Assembly (NCBI RefSeq): GCF_041956535.1
Contig: NW_027192196.1
Location: forward strand, 861,823-925,822
Direction of reading: 5' to 3'
DNA length: 64,000 bases
From: Calcarisporiella thermophila CBS 279.70
Taxonomy: Eukaryota; Fungi; Calcarisporiellomycota
In this document: piece by piece, positions 57,748 to 64,000 of the stretch
How positions within the stretch are numbered: the first letter of the stretch is position 1
Layout: each line of letters starts with the position of its first letter
Notes under the pieces: model-generated
What the model saw: the letters and a program-made list of their open reading frames with translations, nothing else
Told to the model about the DNA's origin: nothing
The model's database searches: none
Position numbers and translations under genes: made by a program

Positions 57748-59383
57748 TCAGCGGGAAGATCTTCGCTCAGGATAGTGGTGTAAGTGGGCGCGATTTTTCC
57801 CTCGCTCAGTGCTACACACCTCAATGGATTTGAACCATTCATTCTCAAGGATTTTTGCACTTTCAATCCGCTTTTCCGGGTCAGGGTGAAGCATCTGGTA
57901 TAATAGCGCACGGTTCCCAGATTCCAGCTTCTCGAAGGGCTCGTACGTGCGGCCAGTGAAGTCTCTCGTGTATCGGAGATAGTTGGCATCCTCTTGAGTA
58001 GCAACGCGCCACGGCAAGTTCTTGAAGTACATACAAAAATACACCTATTCGAGGAACGGGTGCATTGAAGTGGGGAGGTTAGCATGTCTAATAAAGATTA
58101 ACCATCACTAAGGTTGATTCTTACAATCCCACACGCCCATACATCCACCTTACGCGCATCATATTCCCCTCCCTTAAATGCCTCAGGAGCAATGTACGGC
58201 TCGGACCCGCACAGCCCACGCGAAAGGTTCACCTTATTCTCCCAACAACTTCGGAAGACATCGGCTACGCCAAAATCAGTGATTTTAAGAAGATTGTTGC
58301 TGAAGAGCAGATTTTCCGGCTTAATGTCCCGGTGCTAGTCGAAGTTATTCAATGGCTGGTGAGCATCAATCGTACAGCCTGGAACTCAGTTTTAAAACTT
58401 ACTGCTACTCCCATGGAGTGGAGATAGGCAATCCCCGAGATTAATTGCTTGAAGCAGCAATCGATTTCCGAAGTGCCCATCTGGCCGCTTTTGATCGCGC
58501 TGTATAGATCGCCGCCTGAGCAAAACTATCGAGAGAAAGTATCCCATAAGAATGCAGTAGTAGGGTAGTTTGCAACGAAAAAGTGAAAAAAAAAACTGTA
58601 GTGAGATTTTACCTCCATTACTTCGCACCAATTGTCGTGGTCGTCGCGCACCAGATCAATCATCTCCACCACGTTCTCATGGTGCAGTGAGGAGCTGATG
58701 CAGAACTCGCTCGTCAGCTTCTTGATGTAGTCTTTCTTGCTTTCACTCCGTCTCCGTTTCCGGAACTCCTTTATGGCGTAAACACGATCCATCGAGTCTC
58801 CTCCCTCGGATTTGTGCACCATTCGGACGACCGAGGTGGCCCCCTTGCCGATCCCTTTACCAGTGACACCATACATTTTCACGTTGCGGCTTTTATCTTC
58901 TCCAAGCGCAAACGTCGCTTCGGACGTGGCAGAGGTATATGTAGTATAGGTGGCCGAAGGACTGCGGACAATGGGTGCTAAAATATGGTGCAAGATACGC
59001 CGAACCTCTCCGCTTTCCTCTTTGTCTTTCTCAAGCAAAATAATGGCATTGGCATCTGCTTCGTCTTCGAGATTATGAGGAATGGGATGAGTTTTCTCCC
59101 TCTCATCGGAATGGAAGAGTTTCTGGACCAAACTGCGTCTTCTTGAAACAACGGGAGGTTGTGAGGTAGCGCCGGAACTATTGGGGGGCGAAATCACTCG
59201 ATCACGGCTGTTGCGCTGATCCAGTTGGTTGGGTGAAAAAGCGGACGCGTGAAGATTCGAATTCTGTTCGGCAGGAGACCGAGAGGCCGGCGATATGTCT
59301 TCTTCCTCAGAAGTGGCTTCAAACCGACGCCGTACCTTCACATCAAGGCCAGGAGCCCAATACTGAGTATTGAATGTCACCAT
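57748..59383 (-). CDS. Npr/Hal-family Ser/Thr protein kinase (Hrk1/Hal4-like), 4 exons
   Basis: IGKGATSVV, YAIKEFRKRR...KKLTSEFCISSSLHHENVV, VA/HRDIKPEN, DFGVAD, CGSEPYIAPE, DVWACGI. The start codon is uncertain. Confidence 0.9.
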
Positions 59384-60010
59384 ATACTCAGTAGAAAAGT
59401 GCAAAAGATAACGCTGGTTGCCTCAAGGTATGGTGCAGAGCTTTAGAATATTATAAAAGAGAAAACTATATGAATTTAGAAAATAAAAAGATAGAAAATA
59501 CAAAGAAACACCACTAATAGGTGCAATAACGACTCGAGGAGATGCCGCTGGGAGCAATAAATTAATTAAGCTGCGTTAAAGGCTTTTAAGCGACAAGAAG
59601 CAGAAGAAGAGTGGAACTCCACATTCATGCATCAGAAAAAGAATATTGCAAAATATTATAAGTCATCATAAGATAGAGAAAGAATTCCGGCAAACCCACT
59701 CTCTGAAAAACCATAATCTCTTTGAAAATGACCCCCAATTCTTAGTCTAATATTATTTTATTAGCCTGTATTTTTTTTTTACCAGAGAATTTAAAGACAA
59801 ACATTACGTTTTTTTAAAGGGTTTTTTGCTGTGGCGATGCCTCATCAGGGTGGGTCATCAAATCTAATATGTGGCTTAGTGTTCGTTGTTGATTCTCGAA
59901 AAAGTTACATGATGATACAAAAAGATTTGCAGATAAGAAATGACCGTGAATAAGATGCAAGCAACAAAAATTAAGAATAGATATTAGCGAGATAAGAGAC
60001 GAGAAAGCAT

Positions 60011-63000
60011 TTAATAGCTGCTCTTTGGAATGAGTGGCCGGATGCCAGACGTGCTGGAGACGGCTGCGGAAGATTTTGAGGCGCGGTCTTGAAACAAAGA
60101 AGAATTTCGGGAAGAAGACTTGGATCGACTTAACGATATATTTTTTCCTAGTTTGGCAGAAAGGGTTAGAGGCAAATCTCTTGGCAAAATAAGCTCGCTG
60201 CAACTCACTTGAGCTTGTCGATGAGTTGCCTCGAAAATGCCGTGACTGGGTCTCCGTGACGATGATGTTGGAACTAATCCAAAGGGGTTATTTTTTAAGT
60301 CAATGATTAGCTCTTCAATGCAGGTTATGTTTCCAACCTTTTCCGCGTATTCTTTTTCCCCTCCACTCCCTTATACTCCTTCAGTTTAGCGGCGAAACTC
60401 TTGGTAATTTTCATAAAATCCTTCCCGTAGCGATTGTATTTCTCGTCCGTAACGCCCTTTATCGCTAAAAATTCACCAATAGTTCCTGGCATTGCCAGCG
60501 CCTTGTTCAATAAGAGAAAGAGGAATGATTAATGGGGCAGCTCTCATTTAATGCAATAAAGATTGATTTACCATTTCTGAAAGAATTGTATCTGTAAAAA
60601 CGGTGGCAGGCTGTACGTTTTTCTTGGAGATGATCTGCATTAAGGAGAGACGGGTTAGGAAATCGAAAACCACGTATGTATGTGAGTCTACGAATCAGTA
60701 CATACATTATTTCTCAGGTCACGCAGTTCATTAAAGCAATCTTTCTGCAAATTAGCAACCGCAACTTCCGTCGAGTTATCCTCACTCTGGTCTATCGTCG
60801 CTGTCGAATTGGCTTTACGACCTCTTTCTTGGAAACCACTATCCTCGTCGGTATCCTTTCCCTCCCCATCGCTCAAGAAATAGTCTTCGTCTTCGTGCTT
60901 AGCTCGAGTTGCCGGTCGTTTACCATGGGAAAGGGTGGATTGGCGCAGCTTCTCCGGCTGATCAGCCAAGGCCAGCTTTGGTTCACCTCCCTAAGAGTTG
61001 CAAGAGGACTCTGTTAGAACTGGTCCCGAACAAAAATGAAAAGATGAAAATAAAAAGTCATATATGTACCCCTGCGCTGAATGGCATTATCACCGTTTTT
61101 CTGCGTTGCTCCACATCCTGAGCCAATTTCCCAAGCTATAACATATTGAGGACATTAGACATCCTGTTGCGCCCTTGTAAGATTCCGAACTCATTTGTTA
61201 CCTGAACGTAGCTGGATATAAACCCCTGTGCGTTTGCCTCGCACCACTCTGTCAGCACATCTTGGATAACCAATACGCGGAAGAGTCGCTCAGCATCTCC
61301 ACGGGACATGTGCTTTCCGCACCCGTGCAGCTCGATCTTGTCATGTCGGTTTTGCAGAATCTTATTGTGGCGCATTCCCCGAAACACATCAATACAGTAG
61401 AGCAGGGTGACCCGTTTGTTCTCCACGGCTCGGACGAGCTGTATCGCAAGCCGCGCTTCCGCGGACACGTCCCGGTTCACGAACTTCGTGTTGCTTCGAC
61501 AGTTGTCGCAAGTGCGGTGGCAGTCTTTGGGGTCAAAACGCTCTTGAAAGTAGGCGAGCAGTTGCATTCTGCGGCAATCCGTGCGGTTCTCGCAAAACTG
61601 GACCATTTGCCTTAGGTTGCTGCGCTGCCGGTCCTTTTGCTGCCAGTCTCCATCGCCGCGCTCAATCATGAAGTCGATCACGCTCTTATCTTTGTATGAA
61701 TAGTACAGGCGGCAAACCGACTCGATCCCGTCGCGTCCCGCTCGCCCCGTCTCTTGATAATATCCCTCAATGGATTGCGGCAACGATGCGTGGATTACAA
61801 AGCGCACATTTGCTTTGTCGATTCCCATTCCAAATGCCACTGTAGCCACAATCACATGAATTTTGCCGGATTGCCATAAGCGCTGCACTTCATGTCTGTC
61901 CGTGGGGTCCATCCCTGCGTGATAATGCCTCACACGCATTCCATAATCCCGCTGCAGCCTATCCGCCATCTCCTCACAAGCACGTTTGGAGGTGCAGTAG
62001 ATAATTCCCGATTCACCCGCGTGCTGGGCCGTGATAAAGCTATGAATGTCGGCGTAGATCGTTTTGGCGTTCTTGGGCAACACCTCGTACCGTAGATTGG
62101 TTCGGTTGAAGCTCGATACAAATACGGCACATCCGCGAATACGCAGGTTATGTAACACGTCCTCCTTTACTTTTTCGTTTGCAGTTGCGGTCAGCGCCAT
62201 CATGGGCACCGTTGGAAACTGCTCTTTCAAGCTGCCAAGCTGCTTGTAATCGGGCCGGAAGTCGTGCCCCCATTGACTAACACAGTGCGCTTCATCGATG
62301 ACGAAGCGCGCCAGAAGATTCTTTTGGTGTAAGCGGCGAAGGGCGTTTTGGAACTGCGAGCTCTTGGACAACATCTCTGGCGTCACATATAGTAGCCGCA
62401 GCCGCAATGAATTTTCGCTCTTGTCCAGCTCCTGGAAGACATCGCTACGCCGCTTTGCGTCAAGGGTACCGTTCAAACACATAGCCCCAATTCCGAGTGC
62501 AATAAGATGCTGGATTTGGTCCTGCATCAAAGAGAGTAATGGAGACACAACGATGGTTACTCCTCGTGTCACGCCCTTATTTACAATGGCTGGTAGTTGG
62601 TAGCACAAACTCTTTCCACCTCCCGTTGGCATCAACACAAACACATCCTTGCCGCTCAGGGTCGTATTGATCACCTCAAGTTGATTTTGTCTGAAATCTT
62701 TGAGCTTGAATATTTGCTTAAGAGCTGCACGAACTTGCCCAGACCATGGGTATGATTCGGATGGTTTGGCAGGCGGGGCAGATGCACCTGTTCCTAATAG
62801 GGTGGGTGTTGTTGAGAAGGCGGCTGGAGGAGTCTTGGGCACGATCGTGGAAATGGAGATGGAGTTTTGATCCACGTTTTCAATGTTTTCCACCTCAATG
62901 TCATCCATCTGTGACCAAATGATGTCATCCAAATCCAAACCGCAATTGAAGTCGTCAGAACCTGTTGAGCGATGAGTGTTTTCGCGAGGAGACTCCTGCT

Positions 63001-64000
63001 GCTGGAAGGAATTATGAGGTTTAAATACATCGTCCTGCTTTACCCCGGAACGAGGCTGCGAATCCATCTGTGGGCTGTTTCTGGAAACGTTTTCATTTAT
63101 CTGCCCTTTGGCAATGGATCCCAAGGTTCCGGAACTAGTTCGATTAACATGCAGAGATTGCAGGTTGGCTGGGCTTGGCTCCTAATATCATGTAGTATAG
63201 CTAAACTAGGAGTAGCTATAAAAGAGGAGCTATTAAAATACCTTTTTCGACTCTCTCATTCTCATCTCACTTTTTATATCCTCGATATATGCTATTAGCG
63301 CAACTCTAAAAAGAATGCCACAGATAAACATTAAGATAACTCTAGATTAACACCCCTAAAATCATGAAATACCAACCGTTCGCTCTTTAAATCATTCATC
63401 ACTATATTATTCGAGCTCACACATTCATCAAAAAGTAGTGTACATATTTTATCGGAAATATCCTTTCGCTTTTCTACGTTTTCTTTGAGGAGTTCTGCCA
63501 GCTTTTCGTCTTGGACCTACATACAAGCGTAAAGAAATAGCAAAAAATGCTATTAATAATCTAGATACAATAAACCAGGTAAATGTAACAAGGTACCGTC
63601 TTTAAATTAGGATAGCCACCATAATCCAGGTCGCAGCAACCCGATTCTGTGGTGGTTTTCGACTCGATACGCTTTGGAGAATTTTCAAAGAGAAAGTCAT
63701 CCTCCTGTAGTATTGATAACTAAATATATCAGAAAAGAAACGCAGGCTAAGAAAAATAAGGGACATACCAAATCAACCGGAATACAGTCGTCTTCATCTA
63801 TTAAACTTGGTGAGTTGGAAGCATATTTTTCTGTGGCTATATTTGTCGCACTCCTACTAAAATTGCCGTGCGAATCTAATATCCAGGTATACATTAGGAT
63901 CATTATACTACATAACAGATAGTAAGTAAAAAACGAAAATAACCTTTAGAAGGAGGAATAGAATTCCTGTTTGCGCTTGTTCGCTCGGAAAAATTCGAGC
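60011..64000 (-). CDS. SGS1: RecQ helicase Sgs1/BLM-like (5' part probably extends beyond the window)
   Basis: FRQNQLEVIN, MPTGGGKSLCYQLPA, FVIDEAHCVSQWGHDFRPDY, ATVAFGMGIDK, YYQETGRAGRDG, RQC (CENRTDCRR...CDNC) and HRDC exons. Confidence 0.96.

Noticed and set aside
1-64000. Selenoprotein or stop-readthrough signals (in-frame TGA, TGA-CTA)
   Set aside because: The stop contexts I checked lack TGA-CTA, and no conserved domain is interrupted by an unexplained TGA.

Overview
Intron-rich, gene-dense fungal nuclear DNA. The velvet, Mus7/MMS22, fungal TF middle-homology and HAL-type kinase genes, with short GT-AG introns, suggest an early-diverging lineage such as Mucoromycota; this is an inference. 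About 26 protein-coding genes can be reconstructed by splicing ORF fragments. Several are largely invisible in the ORF track: an NT-C2 protein, the N-terminus of HMCES/SRAP, a 75-aa Cys-rich protein and an 80-aa Gln-rich protein. The most striking feature is a head-to-head pair whose start codons are about 230 bp apart. One gene is HMCES/SRAP, which forms protective DNA-protein crosslinks at abasic sites. The other is a GCNA-type SprT metalloprotease, a family that acts on DNA-protein crosslinks. Their shared promoter carries MCB-like ACGCG[TA] boxes. MMS22, PP4R3/PSY2 and SGS1/RecQ are in the same window. Other oddities: a tandem pair of fungal TFs with no Zn2Cys6 domain, a forkhead with an altered recognition helix, a possibly C-terminally shortened MMS22, a homopolymer frameshift, two GC-AG introns and two dual-ATG enzymes. 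No tRNA, rRNA, CRISPR array or intact transposon was recognised. All family calls come from motif recognition by eye; no database search was run.
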